Assembly: GCF_001194135.2 (NCBI RefSeq)
Contig: NC_068983.1
Span: forward strand, 138,041,306-138,105,305
Reading direction: 5' to 3'
DNA from: Octopus bimaculoides
Lineage: Eukaryota
DNA length: 64,000 nucleotides
Part shown: one piece after another, positions 39,839 to 53,100 of the stretch
How positions within the stretch are numbered: position 1 is the first letter of the stretch
Layout of the letters: each line of letters starts with the position of its first letter
Notes under the pieces: model-generated
Seen by the model: only the letters and a program-made list of their open reading frames with translations
Database searches by the model: none
Told to the model about the DNA's origin: nothing
Translations under genes and position numbers: made by a program

Positions 39839-40178
39839 GGCACATTTTTACCGATCGCGAGGGAATGCAACTTTATATTCAGTGCTGAATATTATTCCGT
39901 AAAAGCACATGTACTGAAGTGTAACTTAAAAAGCCCGTCTCTTTCATGGATATATAAGGATGAACAATCGTCTATGTACTGTGTTGAATACATCAGGGTA
40001 TGTTTATTTTTGTTTATTTTTATGTGTCTTGACCATGCGTGTACTGATGAATAAAAGATGCAGTTTACTGCATAGTTTACTGCATTAATTATTAAATCAT
40101 TGGTTTACCGTTAAGTTAGAAGTTTTTAGGAAGTTAGCTTTGAAAGTTGCATTCCCTCGCGATCGGTAAAAATGTGCT
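39839..40178. mobile_element. ~340-bp MITE with perfect 35-bp TIRs, TA-flanked
   Basis: 39840-39874 gcacatttttaccgatcgcgagggaatgcaacttt is the exact reverse complement of 40143-40177. TA at 39837-38 and 40179-80. Confidence 0.85.
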
Positions 40179-40478
40179 TATTTTGGTAGTTTTGATTTAT
40201 GGAGTTCCTCTAAGCGTGAGGCATTATTGTATAGTAATGCCCATATATAAATTAAATTATATGTATTTATGGAAAAAAAAGTGTTTTTTTTCCTTATGAG
40301 GTTCTTTCACGCTAACTACTTGATAAATTCTTATAAAGTTTTTAGTCTAAACTTATATTATATTATATTATATATAACACAAAAAACAATAACAAAAAAA
40401 CAACAAAGTGAGGACGTGATACGGATAGTGTTATTGGACGCTCGGGAAAGGAAAGAGAGAGAGTATGACGTTTCGGGC

Positions 40479-40621
40479 ACGCTGACAGGGGCGTCTCTAG
40501 GATCACTAAATTAGACAAGTCTCGCCTATGACTGCTGACGAGCCCACTACTGATAGGTGAAGCTAGTCTAGTCCAGTGATCCTAAAGACGCTCATGGGGC
40601 GGTTATCTCTCCTGTCAGTGT
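40479..40621. repeat. Long imperfect hairpin element
   Basis: 40479-89 pairs with 40611-21 (11 bp, one G.U); 40491-40507 pairs with 40575-40591 (16/17). Confidence 0.85.
40530..40573 (+). ncRNA. Minimal type I hammerhead motif (GAAA->GAAG variant) at the hairpin apex
   Basis: gacug-CUGACGA-gcc[loop]ggu-GAAG-cuag-UC-uaguc. Stem I gacug/uaguc, palindromic stem III, GUC triplet. Confidence 0.6.
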
Positions 40622-41606
40622 AGATATATATTGCACGGTTCTAATGCATTAAGCGTTTTTAACTCATATCTTGCAACATAATATGCTTCGCCACCCTCAA
40701 TCACAATTAGGGACGCTAAAACTTTTCCTAGTATATATATCAATTATTTCGTATATNNNNNNNNNNATATATATATATATATAAATTATTTCAGTATTAA
40801 CTTAGAGCAATTTGTAATCATACATTAGTAATCAAACTACGGGTCAGCATACTGAGAAGCAATCGACAATGTTAGTTGAGGGGTTGATATCATTTGATAA
40901 AAAGGCATTTACGGGGCAACTGGTATTATAATGTCGCGCTGAGAACTACTGGATTCTCCGACAAAATATGTAAAATTGCCTTATAAGCAAAAAGCATAGA
41001 AATAGGAATAGATAGAAATGATATATTTCTTATATAATTAGAGAATTGCCTAATTTAATAAATCCAATTTTCCGATACGACATAAATATACTAAGACATT
41101 AAATAGGTACTGTTTTAAGGTTAACGGTGTTGGTAATATATAGCACTAAAGTCGAAACCGATAACATTAATGAACCAATATATATATTAGATCAACCGAG
41201 TTGGAATTTAAAATTTGATGTGTAAGTATAAACATTCATTAGCCAGCGCTGCTAAAATATGTACTACAACTTCGTTAAAATTTATTTGGTTCTTACGTGA
41301 GGCAATTACATAAGGATTCAAAACTACATGGTCAGATGTTAATAAAACATAGGCCTATATGGAGGGTACATTCATATAAAAAATGTGGTGTTGTCTTAAA
41401 AGAGAAACTAACGATTTTCTTTTAGAACGAAAATGGTTTGAAAGCAGAATTGTTGGCGCCTTGTATTTACGAAATCGAACATCATGCATGTTAGTGTCAG
41501 GCTCGCTGATTTTTAATCTTTCAGAAAAAAAAATGGACTTTCATCGATATTGCAATATTCTACAGATAAGAGTTTTAAAAATGTTCAAACAGAAACTAAC
41601 TTTCAC

Positions 41607-41833
41607 TAACTTTTAAGGCGGCGAGCTGGCAGAAACGTTAGCACGCCGGGCGAAATGCTGAGTGGTATTTCGTCTGCCGCTACGTTCTGAGTTCAAATTC
41701 CGCCGAGGTCGACTTTGCCTTTCATCCTTTCGGGGTCGATAAATTAAGTACTAGTTACGCACTGGGGTCGATGTAATCGACTTAATCCATTTGTCCCCTC
41801 TCTGTTTAGCCCCATGTGGGGAATAAAGAAATT
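41607..41833 (+). mobile_element. Full-length SINE family A with 16-bp TSD
   Basis: A-box-like tggcagaaacg and B-box gagttcaaattcc. TSD agaaactaactttcac at 41591-41606 and 41834-41849. Confidence 0.9.
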
Positions 41834-44800
41834 AGAAACTAACTTTCACAAAAAAGAATGATTACAATGACCTTTTATTGGTTTGGATTCTGAGTGAAAT
41901 GATTAATCAATGACGTGAGGATAATTTTGACAAGCAGCTAACAGATGGTAGTAAGATTTCGAAACAATTGTATTTGAAAAACATCGCTCATATGAGTTTC
42001 TTTTCAAAATATTAAGCAAGCTTTCGTATAATATGTGTGAAAACATTTTTAATTGCTTGATGATGTAAGAAGCAAGAGAATCGAATTGTCAGCTGAAGAA
42101 GTGTAAAATAGAGAAAGGGAGTACGTAAAAGTGATGAGCTGTATATTATGAGTGAAGTTTACTTAGAAATCGCATAAGTTTTTTTTCATTTTAAAGAGAA
42201 AAGATTTGGAAAGGCATAGATAGTTAGAGGGTGAGAGAAAAGAACATAAATGTTACAGATGATTATTTATTGAAGATATCGTAGACGAAGGAGCATTATC
42301 ATGTGTGCATTCGGAGTTGAGTACAGATGTAACAGTTCTTAGGATGGAAATTGCTGTATAAGTGGCATGTTATTTATTAGTTTGAAACATTGATATCTTG
42401 TCCTCATTTTGAAGAGTTATAGTTTTCATTAAAGACTTCCTTACATGCATAAGGTCTTTGAAGATAACTGAACAAATCGCAGATCCCACAAAAAAGTGCC
42501 GTTCAAATAATTAAAAGACCCAAACTTTTATCACCCACAATAAAGATATATTCAGTGATTTTCTTCGGTTTTTGAGACACCAAATGGAAAGGAAATGAAG
42601 TTCCGTCTGGATAGGATGGTAGTCAATCGCAGATTTTGTCATCGAGCGTGTCAAACTCGATACTGCTGATCGACAAAAATTCTTTACGTTTACAAAGCTG
42701 CAATTACTTACAACAGCGAAATGCAGCACATTCATAATATACTGACAGTTATGTGGCCTGAAATATCTGGCAACAAAGTATTCTGGCTACAAACACAGCA
42801 TAGTACCAATAACAAAACAGAAACAACAAATGTTTGTCTACTATACAATGCAATTCACATTTGGTCTTCTTAGCTAGGGATAATACTTGTATCGTTATTC
42901 TATAAAAGCTCTGATCTGCAGAACAACTTTTGCCTCAATTTCTCTAGTTGGAATATAATATAGATATCAGGCTTCTAAGGAAATGCTGACAGCGACAACT
43001 AACTCATTAAGATAGAGATTTATCATCCATCTTTTGATCTTGAACAGTTTCGGTGCACTCATCGGCCTTTTTGAAAAGGTAAATAAAAATGAAGTACTAA
43101 AGTACTAGTGCTATTTCCATGAGAGTCCTGATGAAATATCTTGGGTGTAATGAAATCACACACAACATGCTTGACATACTGACGCAGACAAGCATTTTTA
43201 CAAATACAAACATTCTCGATTTCAACTGCAGAAGGTCATCTGACTGATTGGCAAACTTTCACTCGCAAGCACATTACGTACACTAGCCCAAAACCTTATA
43301 TTTTTTCTGAGTCTTTCATCTATTCTCTTATAATACCTGCTATTTTGAGCTAACAAGCTATACATAACTGCTAGACAAACCCATCTGCAGATACGCCTTC
43401 TGTCATCAATATTGTGTCTGAACTCACGAACTATGTACAACAGTTTATCCAACCGTTTCTGCTTGAAATTACAACTCTTTAGAATTCTCTCTATGACACC
43501 ACTTCCGCTACAGGCATTAATCATAGTTTAGACAAAATCTCAAGTAATGACAACCAGTATTATGAGCACTGTCTTTCTCCAACGACTAAATATTCGAAAA
43601 TATTAAAAAAAACAAGTAGCGTCATGGCATATTTTCATATTTTAATATTTCAAGAAGAAAGCTATAAACATTATCGCGTGAGTTTGCTATCGGTTCCATT
43701 CTCCATAGATTCTGTTTTTATAAACCCCAGTTCAATACTTGAAGTTTCATTGTGATATCGAAGAACATAACTCCTCAGCCAAAGAAAGAAGTGATATCGT
43801 GACAACGTTAACTGTTTGTAGAACTGGGGTTGTCATTCAAATTCAGTATATATTCCAGAGGAACAATTCACATGTCTTGAAGTTATATTATTTAATATGC
43901 TGATTATTTTTGACATAAGGCAGAAAGAAATCCTGATTCAGAAACATTCTGCAATGGTAGCGATCAAAACAAAGAACAAAGACACTTGAAAAAGACCAAC
44001 TACTTCTTGCTGTGTTCACAGTTTGAGAGAAAAGCTATGTTCGATTTTTTTTTGGATGTAAAAATAAGATTGCAATGACGAATTTATATACGAAGATATT
44101 CTATATTTTCTTAATATATGCTTTTATTTGTTTCCTTTTCGATTAAACTGTGTTTCTCTTATTCGTATTACTTAAAACTAATGCGCTTTCAGGATTAAGC
44201 CACTACAGGGGACCTAGCGAAGAACCTACAATATAATGTAGATTGTCTTGGTAAGCTTAATTATGTATCATTCAAACATAAAAACAATATTTTGTAATTC
44301 TATGCTAACGAATCTACACAATCTACAAATGTTTTTGATTTATTTTTCATTTATATTGTTTATTCCATCTGATATCCCCTGGAGAATCTTTCAATATATT
44401 TAATTTCTACTTTTTTCTGACATTTTCTTATTTTGTTTTCTTGTCTGCGTCGATTGAAACAACTTGTAATGTTTATTTTAAATATAATTCTACTTTATCT
44501 AGAAAAGCTGAACTATACATACATATGTACGTACATATAGATACGCATACATTCAAACACACATATGCACCCCCCACACACATATGCACCCCCACACACA
44601 TATACATAAACATATATATATACATGTCGTTTATAAACAATCTTGTTTTATAACGTTCAAAAATAAACAAGCAAGCAAACCAAAATATAATAATAGCCCT
44701 ATATATGTATATCAATCTATCTAACTGTCTAAACAGATATGAAAGGGGCCAGTTTTTATCGTCTTTGTATTAGGATAACGTTGCATTGTGTATATATAAT

Positions 44801-45039
44801 AGGCAATAAATGGAGACGTTTGTTCTGATATGAACAAAGTTAAGCTGGTTGTATGCAATACGGAAGAAATAAATTGAGATAAATAAATCTTTATTCTTTC
44901 TATTAAGAAATGTATCAAACAAGAAGCGATCTGTAGATTGCATATAATTTATTGCTATTACTATTTCAATCGATCTTGATACGTATCCAACTATATTTGC
45001 TAATCATAACCAAAAGCAATCTCTTTCTCTCTGTATATA

Positions 45040-45800
45040 GTGCGCGTTCATCCATTGTTAACTAAATTTATCACTCTTGTTTTTGGGGTGCCACAAAAGA
45101 CCAATGAATCTATTATCAGCTATGATGTTGATGTTTCGAATCCAAACAGTTCTAGAGAGCTGGCAGCGACACATAACTGTGACATAGCTGCTAATCATGT
45201 GTTCGAATCAAAACGTATTTTTTGAGATGCTTACTCAGAAGGCTGGTCTATGAGAAATACTATTTTCTTTCAGAGAAAAATCAATTCCACAGTGGAGCCA
45301 CCGTTTAAACCCCACACGCTATGTTCGTACTACTAGACGCAACCATCTGTTGTCATCAAATTGGTATTAATCCGGAGACATGGTGGACAACATGTTACTC
45401 AACCCAGTGCAGATGTATGCAGTTTTCAGCAGCAATTTGCTTGAGAGTTGGACTGGAACGTAGAATGGATTTCAGTGCTTACCATGACACTCAGCATGAG
45501 AGGGGGTGTTACGAAAAGATAAATACACTTGCGGAAATATGGGAAGCAACGGCTGGCTGGCTGTATGAAGGATAAAGCGATTGGTCTAGAATTCTGCTTT
45601 ACGAGCTTTACTTTTACATGTCAGAGTTGTTTGCCGGCGTCTTGGCAGGTTTCTACGCAACTAATAGCAGTTCAGAAGGTTTTCAGTTCTGTGAGTCGAA
45701 GAGCAGTGAGAAAAACCGACAAAAGGATGGTCTGGTTGGTAATTTTAGGCTTGCAGCATCTCTGTTAAACGCAGATTTCAACATTTGGTCAATGAAAAGG
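45040..45800 (+). pseudogene. Probable heavily decayed Ty3/Gypsy pol (RT) relic
   Basis: Collinear weak motifs: SRELAA (SEWAAP), RKINSTVEPPF (RKLN..V.RP), LDATICCHQIGINPE (LDAxSGYHQIxIxxE), AYHD (YxDD), EFCFTSFTF (EFCxxSLTF). Confidence 0.4.
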
Positions 45801-46733
45801 TTATCAATAATCTAATTGGTGATGCGCAAATGTGCGACGTTCCGAACAGTTCTATCCACGACAACCTCCATCTAATGAAATAAATTAAAGATACAGAGTG
45901 GGTAGAGAATCAGGAATGAGTGAAACTTTGATCAATTTAGAGCAGTAAAATAATCGACTTTCATAGAGTGAATTTGGTAGGCGGAAACTCTTCGGAAGCC
46001 TATCGTATATATACTGATTCTACTTTCTACCATCACTTTCTTAGCATTGTTACATATTGAACACAAGTACTAAGTGAAGATTTGATCGACGAAGCCATAC
46101 AAATGTTTGTTGCTGCCTGGCCGCAATGACTGAAATACGTAAAATTATAAAAGGAAAGAATAAAAAGATATATATCGTCACCATGTTTATATTTATCTTT
46201 GAAAGCTTCAAGCTACAGCTATCAAATACCGTGGTCCTGTTAGAGAGTGTTTTGACACCACAGAAAATGTTTACTTGACAGCTAATGAATAGCTTTACTT
46301 TGTTCATATCTTATTTTACCGTAGTTTTTTGGAATTGTGCACGTTTTATGATTGTCTTTTCCTCTTTTCCAGTAAAATCTTATCGTATTACATTATATTT
46401 TTACAGTTCCTTCCTTCATCCTAAACGTCTCTTTTTTTTCTAAGGTACTCTTCTGTGAATTTTACGAGTTACGGTCTGCTTTCGTCGTTTTAATACTTCA
46501 CTTGGTGGTGGTTCTTTCACAGACNNNNNNNNNNNNNNNNNNNNNNNNNNNNNNNNNNNNNNNNNNNNNNNNNNNNNNNNNNNNNNNNNNNNNNNNCCCC
46601 CACACACACACACAAACAAAGCTTTATCTATAAAAATATCTTTATATATGAATATATTCAAAGATGTGTGTGTGTGTGCATGTGTGTTTATATGTATATG
46701 TGTGTGAGTGTGTGTGTGAGTGCTTTTGGATGC

Positions 46734-46767
<34 letters not shown>

Positions 46768-47280
46768 ATATTAGAATTTTGCTCTGAGCAAATAATAAAA
46801 ATGACAAAACTAAAAATTAACTCGTAAATTTACTGAACATGGTGATAAATAAATGAAAAAGAAGTATGTTTGCGAGAAACAATGAATACATCAATGCCTT
46901 ACGATGGGATAAGTATGAATATTACAAGACAAGACGATAAAAATAAACAATACAAGGACGGAACACACCAAGACCAATAAACAGACTTTTGACCAGGATT
47001 GTACAAATAGGAAATGCAGTATTATGACTCAAACGAGACCAGAGCATGCAAGAATTAACGTGAAGGCAAACATAAATGCTGTTAAGTCTTTTGACCGGCA
47101 GTATGAGAGAACAGAAAGCTAAAAAGAGAAAAGAAAACGGAACTGAACGATTCACTAGTCAAGGAATGAAAGGCAGAAGGATAGAGAGAAACAGGACTGA
47201 ACAGAGAAGTGAACGGCCTTATGGGAAAAGCTGCAACAGAACGCAAGATCGAAGGGAAAAACGAAAGCGGAAAGCGGAAA

Positions 47281-47349
<69 letters not shown>

Positions 47350-48067
47350 GAAATGGTTGATGAATTGAAGAATTTAGAGTTGTGAGAGAAGCAATAGTAT
47401 AGGTTAACAATAATAACGTGTGAAAAGGTCTGCCCTGGGCAAAGTATAAATAAGACGGAATCAAACATGAATTCGTAAAATTTACAGAAAATCCAACAAA
47501 AAAGAATTTTCTGGAAGAAGCAAGACAGAGAGTTTACACACACGCGCGCACACACATTTATAACACAAGCACACAAATACGAATACACACACACGCACGC
47601 ACACACACACGCACACACACAAATACACATGTGTGCAAGTGTGTGTGCGTGTGCTTATATGGAACACCATTGAGCTTGATTTTCTGATAGTGTAAGAATA
47701 ATGTTTGTGGTATTAATTTGTTCAAAGCACATTTAATGTCACTGCGTAGCAGTAGTAATATTGGCGCTATAAAGTAAATTAGGATTGGAACAAACTAGTA
47801 ATATTTGATTTAAAAATCAATTAGGATGATAAACTAATAACGAATTTGTCATCGCAACTTCATTTGCTAAAGATATTTAGATTTGGTTATTATCACACCG
47901 TATTTATATTTTACTGCAGTATTAAATATGAGTCAAGAAAATGAATATGTTAATATTTAACCAGAATCTTGCAGAATCAGGTGAACGACAAGTAAATTGT
48001 TTTACATTATCTAGTTACGGCTCTTCAAATCTACCATTAGACAATGGATTATACCATTCTTTAATAG

Positions 48068-48280
48068 TGTTTTCAAAGTTCAGCACAAGGCCAGTAATTT
48101 CGTGGGAGGGCTTAAATCGATTACATTGACTCCACTGTTCAACTGATACTTATTTTACCAAACCCTAAAAGATGAAAGGTAAAGCCGACTTCGGTCGAAT
48201 TTGAACTTACAACGCAAAGTTGGACGAAATGCCGTTGAGCATTTTGCCCTGCGTGCTGGCGATTAACCCTGTTCACCGTC
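48068..48280 (-). mobile_element. SINE family A
   Basis: gcacaaggccagtaatttc...aatcgattacattgac...gatgaaaggtaaagccgacttcgg...gcattttgccc. Confidence 0.8.
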
Positions 48281-48552
48281 TTTGTGTCATTCCTTAATAG
48301 TTATTTCTTAATTTTATCAGTGTTAAAAATGTGGTAGAATTCTTAAAGAGCTTTTGGGTAGCTTTCCTTCGGATTTCTAGTGCCAATGAAGTCGATAAAC
48401 AAAGTGCAGAGGAAAGTTTTCTCGAATTGTTCGTACTAATGCTGCATATTTAAAGTCTTGTGGCTAAGACAGAAATCAATTAAACCAGAAATATAAATTC
48501 ATACACACACATACACATATATGTGTGAATGATTTTATACACACACACACAC

Positions 48553-48589
<37 letters not shown>

Positions 48590-48593
<4 letters not shown>

Positions 48594-49732
48594 GTTGAAA
48601 ACTAAGTTCCCGCCGTATTTTAAAATTTATATTTTTTAAAAGGTTTAATAAAAAATTACAACTAATTAATCAATAATGTATTCACCCTTGTTTACAACTT
48701 CTTCCCAACGTTCAACAAGATTTTCAATACCTCGTTGGTAGAAATCACCCGATTTCGACTCGAAAATTGATCCAACGAAGCTCTCAACTCTGCATCAGTA
48801 TTGAACGAAACTCCACGCATAGCATTTGAAAGAGATCGAAAGGGGTGGAAATCCATTGGTGCCAAATCAGGAGAGTACGGTGGGTGTGGCAGCACTTCCC
48901 AGCCATGCGTTTGAATGGTTTTCTTGGTCATATTGGCGATATGAGGGTGGGCGTTTTCGTGCACCAGAAGAACTCCATGCTGCCGATTAGGTCTTTTCTC
49001 TTGAATAGCCGTGTTGAGTCATTCCATTTGTTGAACATAGACTTCCGCATTGACTGTTTGGTTCCGCTCAAGCAATTCGTTATGGGTAATCCCTTCTCAG
49101 TCCCACCATACGTTTTACGCAGATGAAGATCATGTTTCACGCGCTGCGTCGCTTGTTTACCGGGGCTAAGCTATTCTTTACGCTGCTTCATATTGATGTA
49201 CATTTTTCATCACCAGTAATGATTCAGTAATGAAATGGTTGCTTGTGTCCATAAGTAGTTAAGCAGTGACAAGCAAGCAAACCAGCGGAGATTGTGGCTC
49301 GTTGATTTTTGTTGTTGTCACTTAAAGCATGCTCCGTACTTCTGAACCTTTCCCATCGATGCTTCTCTATAGCAGTGGGGGAGCATTCCGGTTTCTCTGC
49401 CAGTTCCCTTGTCGTTTGACGAGAATTTTCGTGCAAAAGTTGGTTTATTCGCTCTTCATCGAACTCAACTGGACGGTCAGAACGAGGTGCGTCTTTGAGG
49501 TCAAAATATCCATTTTTGAACTTGGCATACCAATCATGAGCAGTTCTTTCAGCTACGGCACCCTCTCCATACACAGCACAAATGTCGCGAGCAGCTTTTG
49601 CTGCCTTAGAACCTTGATTAAAAGCAAAAAGGAGGTGTCGAAAATGGTCGTTTTTCTTAACTTGACATTCCATTTTAATGATCTGAAAATAAACAAAAAT
49701 TAACTAAAATTAACTAGAAAAAAAAACAAAAC
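48590..49732 (-). mobile_element. Mariner (DD34D) transposon, mellifera-like, disrupted; 5' end lost in gap
   Basis: HFRHLLFAFNQGSKAAKAARDICAVYGE, DAPRSDRP, GDEK, HENAHPH and HPPYSPDLAPMDF. The terminus ttgggttgaaaactaagttcc lies in a (TA)n run. Confidence 0.95.
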
Positions 49733-50931
49733 NNNNNNNNNNNNNNNNNNNNNNNNNNNNNNNNNNNNNNNNNNNNNNNNNNNNNNNNNNNNNNNNNNNN
49801 NNNNNNNNNNNNNNNNNNNNNNNNNNNNNNNNNNNNNNNNNNNNNNNNNNNNNNNNNNNNNNNNNNNNNNNNNNNNNNNNNNNNNNNNNNNNNNNNNNNN
49901 NNNNNNNNNNNNNNNNNNNNNNNNNNNNNNNNNNNNNNNNNNNNNNNNNNNNNNNNNNNNNNNNNNNNNNNNNNNNNNNNNNNNNNNNNNNNNNNNNNNN
50001 NNNNNNNNNNNNNNNNNNNNNNNNNNNNNNNNNNNNNNNNNNNNNNNNNNNNNNNNNNNNNNNNNNNNNNNNNNNNNNNNNNNNNNNNNNNNNNNNNNNN
50101 NNNNNNNNNNNNNNNNNNNNNNNNNNNNNNNNNNNNNNNNNNNNNNNNNNNNNNNNNNNNNNNNNNNNNNNNNNNNNNNNNNNNNNNNNNNNNNNNNNNN
50201 NNNNNNNNNNNNNNNNNNNNNNNNNNNNNNNNNNNNNNNNNNNNNNNNNNNNNNNNNNNNNNNNNNNNNNNNNNNNNNNNNNNNNNNNNNNNNNNNNNNN
50301 NNNNNNNNNNNNNNNNNNNNNNNNNNNNNNNNNNNNNNNNNNNNNNNNNNNNNNNNNNNNNNNNNNNNNNNNNNNNNNNNNNNNNNNNNNNNNNNNNNNN
50401 NNNNNNNNNNNNNNNNNNNNNNNNNNNNNNNNNNNNNNNNNNNNNNNNNNNNNNNNNNNNNNNNNNNNNNNNNNNNNNNNNNNNNNNNNNNNNNNNNNNN
50501 NNNNNNNNNNNNNNNNNNNNNNNNNNNNNNNNNNNNNNNNNNNNNNNNNNNNNNNNNNNNNNNNNNNNNNNNNNNNNNNNNNNNNNNNNNNNNNNNNNNN
50601 NNNNNNNNNNNNNNNNNNNNNNNNNNNNNNNNNNNNNNNNNNNNNNNNNNNNNNNNNNNNNNNNCTTATATTCTCTTTACACTTATTTCATGTAATTCTG
50701 TTGTGTCCTATCATTCGTATTATCCGTATTATTTTTGAGGTCTTGAGGGTAATGAAGAAATTCTTGTTCTTATTGTTAACATTATTCGATTACCAATAAG
50801 TATTATTTATGCTAACTCTCGCCTACTCGTACAAAAAGGTAGATGCGTCATTTTCGGTTGGGAGTTCCAACTCTTTATGAATGCGTTACGTTGTCCACCT
50901 TTTCCAGAATCCAGAATCCAAAATTACCGTG

Positions 50932-50974
<43 letters not shown>

Positions 50975-52156
50975 TGTATGTGTATGCATGTTTGTGTATA
51001 CATGTGAGTGTGTGTGTGTGTATACATCCACATATATACATATGTGCATCTATATATATATGTGTACACACGCACACGCACACGCCCACACGTGCACACA
51101 GACTCGCACATTCACATATTAGATATTTGTATCACGAATAAATTTGTACTTATAATGCCCACATTAGTTAGTAGATATTGTAGATAGAATACTGTCCATA
51201 TAGATTCAAAAAGTGACCATTGATTTCTTATACATGGAAAATGCGACAAACGTATACTCAATAAATTTGTTCACTGCTCATCTAAGAAGTCAATAATTAC
51301 TTTTTGAATTCACATAAAGAATGTCGTATCCACGAGCGACTTTGTATATGAGAAACCATTATTGGTTTCTCTTGTGAACCGAAACATTCTTGTCAATGTT
51401 GTCCACCGGCACTGGACTTGAGCACAACATCAATCGCCGCTCACAAAGTCAGTATTGATTGCTTAGTTAGGCACTTATCCCAAAATTTATAGCAAAGGAA
51501 AATGTGATTGCATGGCTGTTATAGTTTTATCATGTCATGAGTATTAAAGGTGTTAGTGAAATGAATTGGTTTGAACAAGGAATCGAAATCAACACGCAAA
51601 CTCTCTGGGAACTTGTATTTTGCAGTAATCAGAAATACATTATTGAACACAGAACAAAAATTTGTGACCTACATACATTAGTATATATATATATATATAT
51701 ATATATATATNNNNNNNNNNNNNNNNNNNNNNNNNNNNNNNNNNNNNNNNNNNNNNNNNNNNNNNNNNNNNNNNNNNNNNNNNNNNNNNNNNNNNNNNNN
51801 NNNNNNNNNNNNNNNNNNNNNNNNNNNNNNNNNNNNNNNNNNNNNNNNNNNNNNNNNNNNNNNNNNNNNNNNNNNNNNNNNNNNNNNNNNNNNNNNNNNN
51901 NNNNNNNNNNNNNNNNNNNNNNNNNNNNNNNNNNNNNNNNNNNNNNNNNNNNNNNNNNNNNNNNNNNNNNNNNNNNNNNNNNNNNNNNNNNNNNNNNNNN
52001 NNNNNNNNNNNNNNNNNNNNNNNNNNNNNNNNNNNNNNNNNNNNNNNNNNNNNNNNNNNNNNNNNNNNNNNNNNNNNNNNNNNNNNNNNNNNNNNNNNNN
52101 NNNNNNNNNNNNNNNNNNNNNNNNNNNNNNNNNNNNNNNNNNNNNNNNNNNNNNNN

Positions 52157-52224
<68 letters not shown>

Positions 52225-52859
52225 TCAAAATATAGAAATAAGTAAACGAGCACAGATAGAGAATTATTAATATAACTAACCCTTGACATTTCAAATAACA
52301 CAAGCACTGCTTGCACCCTAAAAACCCAATTTATCAGTTTGTTATATTTTTGATTATAATTTAAATTTCCTCTCTTTTCCATTATCGCCATATGTTCCTA
52401 TTTGATTTTTTTTCTTTCGGGTCATGCCCCTTAATGCAAACAAAAATGAAGCCTACATTTTCACGTTAAATGTCATAGTATTATTTTCGGCATTTGAGCA
52501 AAAAGAAAATTTTGAAATTCAAAAATGTTAAATACTAGCGGAAACTTGAAAGTCTGTTGTGTATCATACTTTTGTTGTTTTTGATAATACAATTCTGATT
52601 ACAACAGTACGGGTGTCTCAGACATTTAAACAATACTTTTATCTAGGTTGCACTTTCTCTTTCTTGATCAATGTTGGGAGATTTTTATGTAGTCTTTAAA
52701 AAGCTGTATAAGTATAAGTATAGATGCGTAGTTAGCTTAAAATATTATATCATTGAGAGGAGTTAGCAGTTAGAGGTGAGGTTTGATGCATACTGATCCT
52801 GATTAGAGAAGGTATAATTTCATTGATTGTGTTTGGTGTTCTTAAAGGAGACTATGATG

Positions 52860-53100
52860 TCATCTATACAAGGGAAGATTTACGACTACACTGTTGCATA
52901 AGCTGTACAAATCTAGCATGAGATATCGAGGCTGTGTGTAGATGACACACGACTTCGGAAAATGTGAAACGAGTAGTAATATAATGTGAGTAGACATGCA
53001 TTGTCAGAATTGGCTATCAGATGATAATTATTGTACAAAGAAAGAATGAAAAATTATATACAAACAAACTAGATAGCAATTCAAATATGTTGAGTGATAT
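52860..53100 (+). pseudogene. Possible RTE-type LINE 3' relic
   Basis: Weak resemblance only (gggaagatttacgac ~ KGRLYD). Confidence 0.2.

Noticed and set aside
51350-51371. 9-bp perfect hairpin gagaaacca/tggtttctc
   Set aside because: Isolated, expected by chance in 64 kb, with no ribozyme or terminal context.
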